A stretch of 64,000 nucleotides of DNA from Polyangiales bacterium. GTDB taxonomy: Bacteria; Myxococcota_A; Polyangia; Polyangiales; Houyiibacteriaceae. This document shows, one piece after another, positions 19,534 through 29,091 of this stretch. Position 1 is the first letter of the stretch, and every line of letters starts with the position of its first letter. Under the pieces are notes generated by a model. It was not told the origin of the DNA and ran no database searches. It worked only from the letters and a program-made list of their open reading frames with translations. The translations under genes were made by a program, and so were the position numbers. Where the stretch lies: the NCBI GenBank assembly GCA_045106895.1, contig JBGCFM010000012.1, positions 36,449-100,448 of the forward strand, given 5' to 3'.

Positions 19534-21638
19534 TGCGTCGACTCTCTGTTCTTCTGATTCTCCTCGCTGCGTGTGGGGACGACTCCACACCCACCCCCGA
19601 CGCAGGTTTCTCCGTCGACGCTGGAACCGATACCAGTAGCCTGGATGCCGGGCCGATGGCCGTGCCAGCGACCCTTGAACTTGAGGTCGCCCCCGCGCGC
19701 TCCGCCTACTTTACCGACCAGTCGGTGCGTATCGAAGGCACGCTCCGCGATAGCGCGGGTGCCGAAATCCGTGACGTTGGCTTCACCCTCATCACGCCAC
19801 CAGAAGCGACCCTTGAGAGCGGCCGGACCTTCACCCTCAACAGCGAAGGCTACGTGAACTTCCAGGGCTGCACCGACGTCCCCGGCGCCGACGGCGAAGA
19901 AGTCTGTGATTTCGTCCGCATTCTTGTGGACGACGGCACACCGAACCTGGAGGTCACCTCGCCGCTTCCTGGACAAGAGATCGGCGGCGGCACGGAGTCG
20001 GCCATCCTCGTCACGGGCAGCGTCGCGGACAGCCGTGACGTCACCGTGCGCGTCAACGGCGACCCTGTGCGGGTCGACGCCATGGGCGCATTCTCGCACG
20101 AAGTCCGGGCTCTCTTTGGCGTCAACCACCTTGTCATCATCGCCAGCGACGGCATCTCCACGGAAGCGCGCGTCGAAATGGATGTCCTCTACTCTGACGT
20201 GTTCATCGCAGGAACCGGCGGCACGGAGAACGCCGTCGACGACGCCATCACGCTTCGCCTCGGGCAGGGCTTCTTCGACGACCGAACGCCCACGACGGCA
20301 CTCGAGGCTTCCGACCTAGCCGACGTCCTTCAGCTCGTCCTGGAGAACGCAGACCTCCTCGAACTCCTTCCAAGCCCACTCATCGATTCCGGAACCTTGA
20401 ACCTGGACGCGAGTGATGTGGAGGTCCGAGACGTCGAGGTTCAGCTCGACGTCGTCGACGACGGCCTCGATCTCTTCGCGCGTATCGGCAGCGTGGACAT
20501 CTCGACGACTGGCTCTTTCACGGTCGATTCGACGTCCCTCGACCTCAGCGGGGGTCTCGATGCAGAGCTCGCCGTCTATGGTCACGTGACGATTCGAAAG
20601 GACTCCCTCGATTCGCCCATCGAGTCCTCCGTGGACGAGCTCACCGTCGCCATCGAGTCCATCACCGGGCGTTTCGCAAGCGAAGAGGCCAACGCGCTCC
20701 TCGCCCTGGCGGAAGGGCTGCTGCGTACCCGCATTGAGACGCTTCTCGCCGACAGTGTGGGCGGGACCTTGCTCAACGCTGCCCCGGCTATCCTCGTCGA
20801 CGGCATCAGCGCCCTCGACACTTCCCTCAGAGACCAGATGTTCGTTCTCGACACGGGCGTCTTTGCGCCGATGACGCTCAACCTCGACGCACGCCTCTCG
20901 CGCCTCGATACCGTCTACCTCTCGCACATCGACGCGCCCATGAACTTCCGCGCCTCGACGGACCAAGAGAACATTCATCCGGAGTCACGCGGCGTCGCTG
21001 ACTTGGGTGACGCGAGCGAAGCCGTTCTCTTCGATGTGCCTGCGGCCCTCGCCGCGCGCGTCGCGGTGCTCAATGGACTGTTGCACTCCCTCTGGTCCAG
21101 CGGACTCCTTCAAATCGACGCGACGGAGATCCTTCCTGAGAGCCTCGCCGGCGTCGTTCAAGAGGCCACTCTTCGCGGTCTTATGACGCCGATCATTCGA
21201 CCCGCGCGCGGAGCCGAGACGGACGACTTCGTCTTCACCATCGGCCAACTGGAACTCGACCTCGACCTCCTCGGAGAGCAAGTCACCTTCGGTGTCACCA
21301 TCGAAGCTGGCATGACCATCGACATCGTGGACGGCGCGTTGGTGTTTGCCGTTGAAGACGAGCCCGACGTGCGCGTTTGGATCATCGAGTCCACGACGCG
21401 CTCCCCCTCCGTGACGCCAGACACACTGCGCTCCCTTGTGCTGACGCAGCTCTGGCCAAGTCTCCGCGACAGCTTGTTGCCGGGTCTCTCCCTTGCGCTG
21501 CCCAGCTTCTCCATCGGTGACCTCGGAGGCATCGCTCCGGAGCTAGGCGGTTTCGAACTGGGCATTTCACTCGCTTCGCCCGTCGAACTCCGACGTCATT
21601 CCTTGGTGGCAGAGCTCGCGGTTCGCGGCGCGATCTGA
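19533..21638 (+). CDS. Second Ig + BPI/LBP-like lipoprotein, paralog of the upstream gene
   Basis: TAATG overlap. Lipobox LAAC. FGVNHLVIIASDG, ITLRLGQ..FDD, LNGLLHSLWSSGLL, LPSF. Confidence 0.75.
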   Translation: MRRLSVLLILLAACGDDSTPTPDAGFSVDAGTDTSSLDAGPMAVPATLELEVAPARSAYFTDQSVRIEGTLRDSAGAEIRDVGFTLITPPEATLESGRTFTLNSEGYVNFQGCTDVPGADGEEVCDFVRILVDDGTPNLEVTSPLPGQEIGGGTESAILVTGSVADSRDVTVRVNGDPVRVDAMGAFSHEVRALFGVNHLVIIASDGISTEARVEMDVLYSDVFIAGTGGTENAVDDAITLRLGQGFFDDRTPTTALEASDLADVLQLVLENADLLELLPSPLIDSGTLNLDASDVEVRDVEVQLDVVDDGLDLFARIGSVDISTTGSFTVDSTSLDLSGGLDAELAVYGHVTIRKDSLDSPIESSVDELTVAIESITGRFASEEANALLALAEGLLRTRIETLLADSVGGTLLNAAPAILVDGISALDTSLRDQMFVLDTGVFAPMTLNLDARLSRLDTVYLSHIDAPMNFRASTDQENIHPESRGVADLGDASEAVLFDVPAALAARVAVLNGLLHSLWSSGLLQIDATEILPESLAGVVQEATLRGLMTPIIRPARGAETDDFVFTIGQLELDLDLLGEQVTFGVTIEAGMTIDIVDGALVFAVEDEPDVRVWIIESTTRSPSVTPDTLRSLVLTQLWPSLRDSLLPGLSLALPSFSIGDLGGIAPELGGFELGISLASPVELRRHSLVAELAVRGAI

Positions 21639-21894
21639 CCCTCGACGAACGGTTCACGTGCGCTCGCTCGCTCATCTTTCGATCGCGAATACGCATTCGA
21701 CGGATCGGGCCGGATCACCAAATACAGGGCTGAAACGCGACGATTTCGGGTCTGGGCCCTAAAAATCGGTGCCGAAGACATTCCACAACGACTTTAACCC
21801 TTGATTTCCAGATCGGGGAGTGCAGTGTGGCGGCACCAACGCGTCCTCGGGCGCCTAACCGACAGTCGCCTGAGAGCGACTACGGAGATTCAAA

Positions 21895-22224
21895 ATGGCC
21901 AAGACAACAGCGATTACGAAACCCCTCAGCAAGTCCGCTCTTCTCGCGGAACTCGCCGAGAACACGGACCTCTCCAAGAAGCAGGTCGCATCCGTCATGG
22001 ACGAGCTTGCTGCCGTCATTGAGCGTCACATCAAGAAGAGGGGCGCAGGTACCTTCACGCTTCCAGGTCTTCTCAAGATCAAGACGGTCAAGAAGCCAGC
22101 TGTGAAGGCCCACGAGCGTCCCGATCCCTTCAACAAGGGTCAGATGATGCAGGTCAAGGCGAAGCCAGCCACGATGAAGGTCAAAGTCCTTCCTCTCAAG
22201 AAGCTCAAGGAAATGCCTCTCTAA
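21895..22224 (+). CDS. hup: HU family nucleoid-associated protein
   Basis: SKSALLAELAE..LSKKQV, FTLPGLLK, KPA, PFNKG.M, KPA..KVK. GGAG RBS. Confidence 0.9.
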   Translation: MAKTTAITKPLSKSALLAELAENTDLSKKQVASVMDELAAVIERHIKKRGAGTFTLPGLLKIKTVKKPAVKAHERPDPFNKGQMMQVKAKPATMKVKVLPLKKLKEMPL

Positions 22225-22286
22225 GGGCATCGTCTTCAGCCGGCCTGAGAACGTGCTCGTTCTCAGAAAGGCGAGAGACACGATCG

Positions 22287-22325
22287 AAGGCACCTCCGGC
22301 TATCTAGCCACGGGGTGCCTTTTTT
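22287..22325 (+). terminator. Rho-independent terminator after HU
   Basis: AAGGCACC...GGCTA-TC-TAGCC...GGTGCCTT followed by a T-tract. An extra hairpin lies at 22245-22266. Confidence 0.8.
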
Positions 22326-22354
22326 CGTTCCGTCTTTCGAGGTATGACGCGTTT

Positions 22355-23539
22355 ATGAACCTCCGGCTTTCTGAACGTGCGCTCGGTTTCCAAGAGAGCG
22401 CGATTCGTAAACTCGACGCCACGGTCCAACGGCGAAGTAAGACGACTCGTTTTCATCGCCTCAACATTGGACAACCCGATGTGGAGACGCCGGCAGCGCT
22501 GCTCCAGGCGATTCGTGATTTTCAGCCGCCGGTCGTTCGATACGGGCCCGCGAGCGGACTCCCCGAATGCCGAGAGGCCGCCGCTGCCTACCATCGCCGC
22601 TGGTGTCCTTCGCTGAGCGCCGCCGACGTCGCCGTCACCCACGGCGGGTCCGAGGCCTTGCTCTTCGCCTTCGCCGCGGTCTGCGACGCCGGAGACGAAG
22701 TCCTCGCACCCGAACCCTACTACACGAACTACAACGGCTTCGCGAAGATCATCGACGTGAAGGTCAAGCCGATCCCGACGCGCCTCAGCGAAGGGTTTGC
22801 GATCCCGTCGGATGCGGAACTCGACAAGCTCGTCAGTCCGCGAACGCGCGCCTTCGTCTTTAGCAACCCGGCGAACCCCACCGGGAAAATCTACGAGCGC
22901 GCGGAGGTCGAACGTCTCGCGCGCTGGACGGAACGTCACGGTCTGTGGCTCATCTCCGACGAGGTCTATCGGCGTATCTGGTTCACGGAGCCTCCTCCAA
23001 GCGCTCTTGAACTTGAAGGCGATCAGCTCATCGTCATCGACTCCTTGAGCAAGACCTACAGCGCTTGCGGTTCGCGACTGGGCTTCTTGATCAGTCAGAA
23101 CAAAATGCTGATGGAACGCGTCGAGCGTCTCGGCCAAGCACGTCTGGGTCCGCAACCTCTCGCGCAAGCCATGGCCATCGCCGCCCACGCTTTGCCAGAG
23201 TCCTACTACGAAGAGACTCGCCTTCGCTACGCGAGCCGCATCGACGCGCTCCTCGAGGGTCTCGCGAAGATCCCGGACGTCAAAACGCACCGCCCCGACG
23301 GTGCGTTCTATCTGATGTGCCAGCTACCTATCAAAGACAGCGAGGCCTTCGCACGCTACCTCGTCGAGACCTTCGAGCACGAAGGTGAGTCCCTCGTCGT
23401 CGCACCAGCGCCCGGGTTTTACGCGGATCCACAACACGGCCGTGACGAGATTCGCCTCGCCGCCGTCACCGGGGAAGCCGATCTAAGACGCGGAGCCGAG
23501 CTCCTCGGTCTCGCCCTCGACCGCTACTCCGAGCTCTAA
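22355..23539 (+). CDS. PLP-dependent class I/II (aspartate-type) aminotransferase
   Basis: LNIGQPD, GGSEAL, NPANPTG, SDEVY, SLSKTYSACGSRLG. Confidence 0.9.
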   Translation: MNLRLSERALGFQESAIRKLDATVQRRSKTTRFHRLNIGQPDVETPAALLQAIRDFQPPVVRYGPASGLPECREAAAAYHRRWCPSLSAADVAVTHGGSEALLFAFAAVCDAGDEVLAPEPYYTNYNGFAKIIDVKVKPIPTRLSEGFAIPSDAELDKLVSPRTRAFVFSNPANPTGKIYERAEVERLARWTERHGLWLISDEVYRRIWFTEPPPSALELEGDQLIVIDSLSKTYSACGSRLGFLISQNKMLMERVERLGQARLGPQPLAQAMAIAAHALPESYYEETRLRYASRIDALLEGLAKIPDVKTHRPDGAFYLMCQLPIKDSEAFARYLVETFEHEGESLVVAPAPGFYADPQHGRDEIRLAAVTGEADLRRGAELLGLALDRYSEL

Positions 23540-23540
23540 G

Positions 23541-24551
23541 CTGAAACACTGGCGCCACACCCTGAACGAGCTGAGCCGCCCCCGACGGAGTGGCCCGATC
23601 AGCGCAGTCGCCTTTGCCCTTCTGTCCACGGAGTGGTTCGCAACTCACTCTACAGACGCGGTGCTCGCCCTTGGGCTCTTCGTTGTGGCGTTTGTCCTCA
23701 TCATACCGACGCTCTACCGCGAGACATCGCGTGGCGGCATGTGGTTGCCCTTCTATCTCGTCGTCTGTTCGATTCTCGTCGCAAGCGTTTGCTTCGTGGT
23801 TCCCGTCGCGCTGAGCTACGAGTCCTACGTGGCTCATCCGCCCGCGGCGGTGGCGATAGGAGTCCTCGTCGCCATCGCGGGTTGGGTCCTCGGTCGAGAC
23901 ATCGACCTCAGCGACGGCCTCGCCGCGGAAACGACGCGCGCGGAGGTGCTCAAGGTGCAAGCCGAAGACGCGCGCCTCGTCGCGCTCCGTCAGCAACTTG
24001 ATCCCCACTTCCTCTTCAACACGCTCGGCGCCATCGCCGAGTGGTGTCGCGAAGATCCACTCGTCGCGGAGCGCGCGCTCCTTGAGCTTTCGTCCATGCT
24101 GCGAACGCTCTTCGACGGGGTTCGCGAAGCTTGGTGGCCATTGGAACGGGAGCTGGCGTTGCTACGCGCGCTCCAGCACCTCTACACGGTACGCGACGAA
24201 GATCGCTACGCCTCCGCCTTTGAGACCGAGGACAAGCTCACGCTTTCGGTCCCGCCGCTCATTTTTCTTCCAATCTTCGAGAACGCCCTAACGCACGGCT
24301 CGGGCGAGACCGCCATGCGCTTCTCGCTTCGCCGCGTCGATGACGTCGTGGAGATGAGCCTCTGGAACGCCGGGCCGTACGCCGGTCCGCGAGACGGAGG
24401 CACGGGCATCGGCACGACGCAACGCCGCCTGGAGCTCGCCTACGGAACTGCCGCGTCCCTCGAAGTGAGCTCCGAAGTGCGTGAGAACATCGGGGGTACC
24501 CACGCTCTCATGCGCATTCCGATGACGGTCACGTTAGACTCCTCGTCGTGA
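23541..24551 (+). CDS. LytS/YehU-family sensor histidine kinase
   Basis: QLDPHFLFNTL, P.FENALTHG, GTGIG. N-terminal TMs. The first canonical start is GTG 23661, but the frame is open to a CTG at 23541. Confidence 0.85.
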   Translation: MKHWRHTLNELSRPRRSGPISAVAFALLSTEWFATHSTDAVLALGLFVVAFVLIIPTLYRETSRGGMWLPFYLVVCSILVASVCFVVPVALSYESYVAHPPAAVAIGVLVAIAGWVLGRDIDLSDGLAAETTRAEVLKVQAEDARLVALRQQLDPHFLFNTLGAIAEWCREDPLVAERALLELSSMLRTLFDGVREAWWPLERELALLRALQHLYTVRDEDRYASAFETEDKLTLSVPPLIFLPIFENALTHGSGETAMRFSLRRVDDVVEMSLWNAGPYAGPRDGGTGIGTTQRRLELAYGTAASLEVSSEVRENIGGTHALMRIPMTVTLDSSS

Positions 24552-25258
24552 GCCTCCGCATCCTCATCGCCGACGACGAAAAAATGGCGCGGGCGCGCCT
24601 CAGGCGGATTCTCACCGGCCTTGGCGCCGAGGTCGTCGCCGAGTGCAAGAACGGCGCGGAAGCGCTCGACGGGCTGAGCGCCGAGGATGTCGACGTCGCC
24701 TTCCTCGACATCAATATGCCCGGCCTCGACGGCCTGAGCGCTGGCGCCATCGCGCAGAGACGAGGCGTCCCGGTAGTCTTTGTCACGGCTCACCCGCAGC
24801 ACGCCGTCGAGGCCTTCTCGCAGAACGCAGTCCACTACCTTCTCAAGCCGGTAGATGCCGCCGGAGTGAGCGAGGCCCTCAACCGACTCGTCACCACGCC
24901 GCCGCGAGAGGCCGCCCAGTCCGATCCCCTTGGCGATAGCCGTCTGCCGCTGACGCGCGGACGAGATGTCTTCCTGGTGGACGTAGAACGCATCTCTCAC
25001 GCGTCCTACGACGGCGAACTCGTCACCGTCCACGCCGGCGACGAATCGTGGATCGTCGACGGTTCGCTCCAGGACCTGGAGAGTCGCATCGCCCGGCCTG
25101 ACTTCATGCGCGTGCATCGCCGCGTGCTGCTGAATATGGCGCGCGTGACCCGGCTGCGGAGCCTGGAGAGCGGCGGATTTCGGGCCCAAGTCGATGAGCA
25201 CGAGGTAGACGTTTCACGCCAGGCAGCCCGCGTGCTTCGAAAGCGACTCAGGCTTTAG
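24548..25258 (+). CDS. LytTR-family response regulator
   Basis: IADDE, FLDINMPG, FVTAH, YLLKP. LytTR motifs FMRVHR and VSR. GTGA overlap with the kinase. Confidence 0.92.
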   Translation: MSLRILIADDEKMARARLRRILTGLGAEVVAECKNGAEALDGLSAEDVDVAFLDINMPGLDGLSAGAIAQRRGVPVVFVTAHPQHAVEAFSQNAVHYLLKPVDAAGVSEALNRLVTTPPREAAQSDPLGDSRLPLTRGRDVFLVDVERISHASYDGELVTVHAGDESWIVDGSLQDLESRIARPDFMRVHRRVLLNMARVTRLRSLESGGFRAQVDEHEVDVSRQAARVLRKRLRL

Positions 25259-25281
25259 TCCGTCGCTCGCCACGGACTAAA
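25254..25281. other. Inverted repeat/hairpin at the end of the LytTR gene
   Basis: TTTAGTCCGT-N8-ACGGACTAAA. Confidence 0.5.
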
Positions 25282-25336
25282 GCGGGCTCTCTCTGGCCCG
25301 TTTCGTGAAGGACGCCCGATAAGGTACCCTCCTCAC

Positions 25337-25624
25337 ATGAACAAGAACGCGGCAGTCCTCGCACTCTGTCTCTTCAGCGCGGCCCTCGGCTTCGGCGCAG
25401 GCGGCGCATCGGCCAGCGTCGACGACGAAGTGTCCCTCCCTTCGCCCACGGCGCCCGCCCAAACCGAAGTGAGCGACGCGCTCCCGCTTGATGCCACGTG
25501 CGGTGACTACAGCTGCGACGCTCCGGAGGACTGCCACTCATGCGCTCAGGACTGTGGCGACTGTTGTGGCAACGGGCAGTGCGAGCCGCCTGAAGACCAC
25601 GACAGCTGCCCACAGGACTGCTAG
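25337..25624 (+). CDS. Small secreted Cys-rich protein (two CG(D/N)xxC..E...CxxDC repeats)
   Basis: Signal peptide ending ASA. CGDYSCDAPEDCHSCAQDC-GDC-CGNGQCEPPEDHDSCPQDC. Confidence 0.75.
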   Translation: MNKNAAVLALCLFSAALGFGAGGASASVDDEVSLPSPTAPAQTEVSDALPLDATCGDYSCDAPEDCHSCAQDCGDCCGNGQCEPPEDHDSCPQDC

Positions 25625-25643
25625 CCCGTCACCGCTGCGCGGC

Positions 25644-27683
25644 TCAGTTTAGCGCCGCCGCCATGCGCGTGCCTTGGTCGATGGCGCGCTTCGCGTCGAG
25701 TTCACTCGCAACATCCGCGCCGCCGATGAGGTCGTACTCGGTGCCCTGACTGCCAAGGCCTTCGCCGAGCTCACGGAGAGGCACCTGTCCAGCGCAGATG
25801 ATGACGTTGTCGACCTCAAGAATGCGGGACACACCCGCGACGGTGATGTGTAGCCCTCGGTCATCGACCTTCTCGTAGGCGCACTGGTCGAGCATCTCAA
25901 CATCGAGGTTCTTGAGCGCCGCACGGTGGATCCACCCGGTTGTCTTCCCGAGACCGGCGCCGAGCTTTCCTTTCGAACGCTGACAAAGCGTGATGGCGCG
26001 ACGTGGCGCGTGATGCTCGACCTTCGGAAGAAGCCCACCTGGCGTGGAGTGCGAAGTGTCTACGCCCCACTCCTTCATGAAAGCTTCCGTGTCGAGGCTC
26101 GTGCTGGGCTCAGGCGCCGCCAAAAATTCCGCGACGTCGAAGCCGATTCCGCCAGCGCCAATGATCGCCACGCTGTCGCCGACAGGCTTGCCTCCCCGGA
26201 GCACATCGACGTAGGAGAGCACCTTGTCGTGCTCGATGCCGGGCATGCTGAGTTCACGCGGAACCACTCCGGTGGCCAGGATCACTCGGTCGAATCCAGT
26301 CAGCTCGTCGGCCTCGACGCGGGCTCCAAGACGCACATCTACCTTCGCGAGCTCAAGACGTCGACGGAAGTAACGGATGGTCTCGTGGAACTCTTCTTTG
26401 CCAGGGATCGTCTTGGCCATGTTGAACTGACCACCGATCTCCTCCGCCTGCTCAAAGAGCGTCACCGTGTGCCCGCGCTCTGCCGCCGTGCAGGCGTAAG
26501 CGAGACCCGCGGGTCCGGCGCCGACGACGGCGACGTTGCGGCGTCTGCGAACGGGGTAGATGCGCAGCTCCGTCTCGTGGCACGCGCGTGGGTTCACAAG
26601 GCACGAACAGCGTTTGTTACGGAAGATGTGATCCAAGCACGCCTGGTTGCAGCCGATGCATGTGTTGATCTCGTCCACACGTCCTTCTTCAGCTTTGTTG
26701 ACCCACTCCGGGTCCGCCAAAAAGGGCCGCGCCATGCTCACCATGTCCGCGCATCCATCGGCGAGAACTTGCTCGGCGACGTCCGGCATGTTGATGCGAT
26801 TTGAAGTGACGAGGGGAATGCCGACCTCGCCCATGAGCTTCTTGGTCACCCACGCGAAACCAGCACGAGGCACCATCGTCGCGATGGTGGGCACGCGCGC
26901 TTCGTGCCAGCCGATGCCCGTGTTGAGAATGCTCGCGCCGGCGCGCTCGACCTCTTTGCCAAGGTGGACCACCTCGTCCCAGGTGCTGCCGTCTTCGACG
27001 AGGTCGATCATGGAGAGCCGATAGATGATGATGAAGTCGTCGCCCACGGCCTCGCGGCATGCACGCACGACTTCGAGGGGAAAGCGAATGCGGTTTTCGA
27101 AGCTTCCGCCCCACTCGTCGGTGCGCTTGTTCGTCTTCTTCACGATGAACTGGTTGAGGAGGTAGCCCTCGCTGCCCATGATCTCCACGCCGTCGTAGCC
27201 GGCGTCACGAGCGAGGCGCGTCGCGCGCGCGAAGTCTTTGATGGTGCTTCGGACGCCGCGCTTGGAGAGCGCGAAAGGAGTGAAAGGGTTGATAGGAGCC
27301 TTGATGCGACTCGGGGCTACCTGGAAAGGCGAATACGCGTAGCGTCCGGTGTGCAAGACCTGCATCGCGATGCGACCCCCCTCGGCGTGAACGGCGTCGG
27401 TGACGACACGGTGCTTGTACGCTTCGAGGCGGTTGTTCATCGTCGCCGCAAAGGGCTTCGTCCAGCCTGCAATGTTCGGCGATACGCCACCCGTGACGAT
27501 AAGACCTGCGCCGCCGGCTGCCCGCTCGGCGAAGTACGCGGCGAGCTTGTCCAAGGGCCCGAGACCTTCTTCGAGGCCCACATGCATCGAGCCCATGAGC
27601 ACGCGGTTTGGAAGCACCACGTGGCCGAGGTCGAGTGGTTTGAAGAGGTTGGGGTAGGCGCTGTGGGGCGTGCTGGTGGACAT
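25644..27683 (-). CDS. fadH: NADPH-dependent 2,4-dienoyl-CoA reductase
   Basis: MGSMH.GLE, MGSEGYL, GWHEARVPTI, CIGCNQACLDH, GAGPAG, ELDAKRAI. Confidence 0.96.
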   Translation of the reverse strand: MSTSTPHSAYPNLFKPLDLGHVVLPNRVLMGSMHVGLEEGLGPLDKLAAYFAERAAGGAGLIVTGGVSPNIAGWTKPFAATMNNRLEAYKHRVVTDAVHAEGGRIAMQVLHTGRYAYSPFQVAPSRIKAPINPFTPFALSKRGVRSTIKDFARATRLARDAGYDGVEIMGSEGYLLNQFIVKKTNKRTDEWGGSFENRIRFPLEVVRACREAVGDDFIIIYRLSMIDLVEDGSTWDEVVHLGKEVERAGASILNTGIGWHEARVPTIATMVPRAGFAWVTKKLMGEVGIPLVTSNRINMPDVAEQVLADGCADMVSMARPFLADPEWVNKAEEGRVDEINTCIGCNQACLDHIFRNKRCSCLVNPRACHETELRIYPVRRRRNVAVVGAGPAGLAYACTAAERGHTVTLFEQAEEIGGQFNMAKTIPGKEEFHETIRYFRRRLELAKVDVRLGARVEADELTGFDRVILATGVVPRELSMPGIEHDKVLSYVDVLRGGKPVGDSVAIIGAGGIGFDVAEFLAAPEPSTSLDTEAFMKEWGVDTSHSTPGGLLPKVEHHAPRRAITLCQRSKGKLGAGLGKTTGWIHRAALKNLDVEMLDQCAYEKVDDRGLHITVAGVSRILEVDNVIICAGQVPLRELGEGLGSQGTEYDLIGGADVASELDAKRAIDQGTRMAAALN

Positions 27684-27799
27684 GTCGGGGCTACCCTAGC
27701 TCGAATCCGCGTTCGTTCGAGCCGTTGCCACGACAACCATCCGCCCATCCGTCGTCCGTCCGTTGGCAGAAGGCCCCGAGAGCGCGACACAACGTGAGC

Positions 27800-29032
27800 A
27801 TGAGCCACGCGCTAAGTATCCTTCGCACCCGCCCAGGCTTTCGTCGCCTCTGGGCCGCCAACCTCGTCTCTCAGCTCGGCGATTGGGTAGGCTGGGTCGC
27901 CGTTGCCGTGTACTCGATTCACGATGGCGAGGGACTGCTTCCATTGGCGGCGCTCTTCCTCGCGCACCACCTCCCCGTTGCCCTCGTCTCGCCTTGGGCA
28001 GGTTCGTTTGTGGATCGGCACGACCGCAAGCGCGTGCTCATCATCGCGGCCCTCGCGATGGCCGCGATGACGGCGCTCATGGCCGTCTGCATGCTGCTCC
28101 AGTTCAGCGCGGCGCTCCCACTCATTCTCGCGTTTCGCTCCGCGGCGAACGCCTTCTTCACCACCGCGGAGCGCGCCGCGCTTCCACGATTGGTAGAGCG
28201 AGACGAGCTTCTCGTCGCCGGGGCCCTTGAATCCGGAACGTGGAGCTTCGTCTTCTGCGTCGGCATGGCCCTCGGCGGCTTTCTCAGCTCCCTCGGTACG
28301 ACGCTCGCCCTTGGCCTCGACGCGCTGAGCTTTCTACTGAGCGCGTCGCTGCTTTTTCGACTGCCGTCCATGACTCCCTTGGTCGACTCTGCGCGGGACG
28401 CTGAACGCAAGACAGGAATTCGCGCGGCCTGGGCTCATGTCTCGGCGCAGCCAGCGCTCCTCACGGCCACTCTGGCGAAGGCGCCGCACGCTATCGCCGG
28501 GGGAGCGAGCTGGCTGGCTCTTCATGGCCTCGTCGCGCTGCACTTCGACGGCGCGGCGGTGGCGCTCACGCTTGGCTTCGCTCACACGCTCCGCGGTCTC
28601 GGCACGGGCCTCGGTCCCCTCAGCGCCGTCTGGCTGGTTCGGCGCGGAGCGAAACGCAGGCGCGTGTGGGTCGGCTTTCACGCTCTGGCGCTTGTGTCGA
28701 TGGCGCTCTTCTTTTCGGTGCCTGCAGGCTACGTCCTCATCGCCCTCGGCGTGCTCTGGGGTGCCGGGTCTGGCACCAACTGGCTCTTCTCTTCCGAAGG
28801 CATGCAGCGCTTGGCCGACGACGAGTTTCAGGGCCGCGTCGCCGCGCTGGACGGAACCGTCTACATCAGCGCGCAGGCGCTCGCTGTACTCGCCAGTGCC
28901 GCGCTCATCGACTCCGGCGCGCCGCTGAGCATCACGGTGTTCTTCGTGGCGGTCGGAGGAGCACTAAGTCTCGCCGTCTTTCGTCCGAGGCCGGCGCCGC
29001 TCGCCCAGGCCGGCGCGCCGCTCGTTCTCTGA
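27800..29032 (+). CDS. MFS transporter (H+ antiporter-1/DHA3-like)
   Basis: FRRLW.A..VS.LGDW, G.FVDRHDRKRV, ~12 TM helices, QGRV. Confidence 0.88.
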   Translation: MSHALSILRTRPGFRRLWAANLVSQLGDWVGWVAVAVYSIHDGEGLLPLAALFLAHHLPVALVSPWAGSFVDRHDRKRVLIIAALAMAAMTALMAVCMLLQFSAALPLILAFRSAANAFFTTAERAALPRLVERDELLVAGALESGTWSFVFCVGMALGGFLSSLGTTLALGLDALSFLLSASLLFRLPSMTPLVDSARDAERKTGIRAAWAHVSAQPALLTATLAKAPHAIAGGASWLALHGLVALHFDGAAVALTLGFAHTLRGLGTGLGPLSAVWLVRRGAKRRRVWVGFHALALVSMALFFSVPAGYVLIALGVLWGAGSGTNWLFSSEGMQRLADDEFQGRVAALDGTVYISAQALAVLASAALIDSGAPLSITVFFVAVGGALSLAVFRPRPAPLAQAGAPLVL

Positions 29033-29091
29033 TAGCGACCACTCAGCCAAGCATCGCCTGCAATCGGCAATAGGCGCCGCACGCTGAGGAC

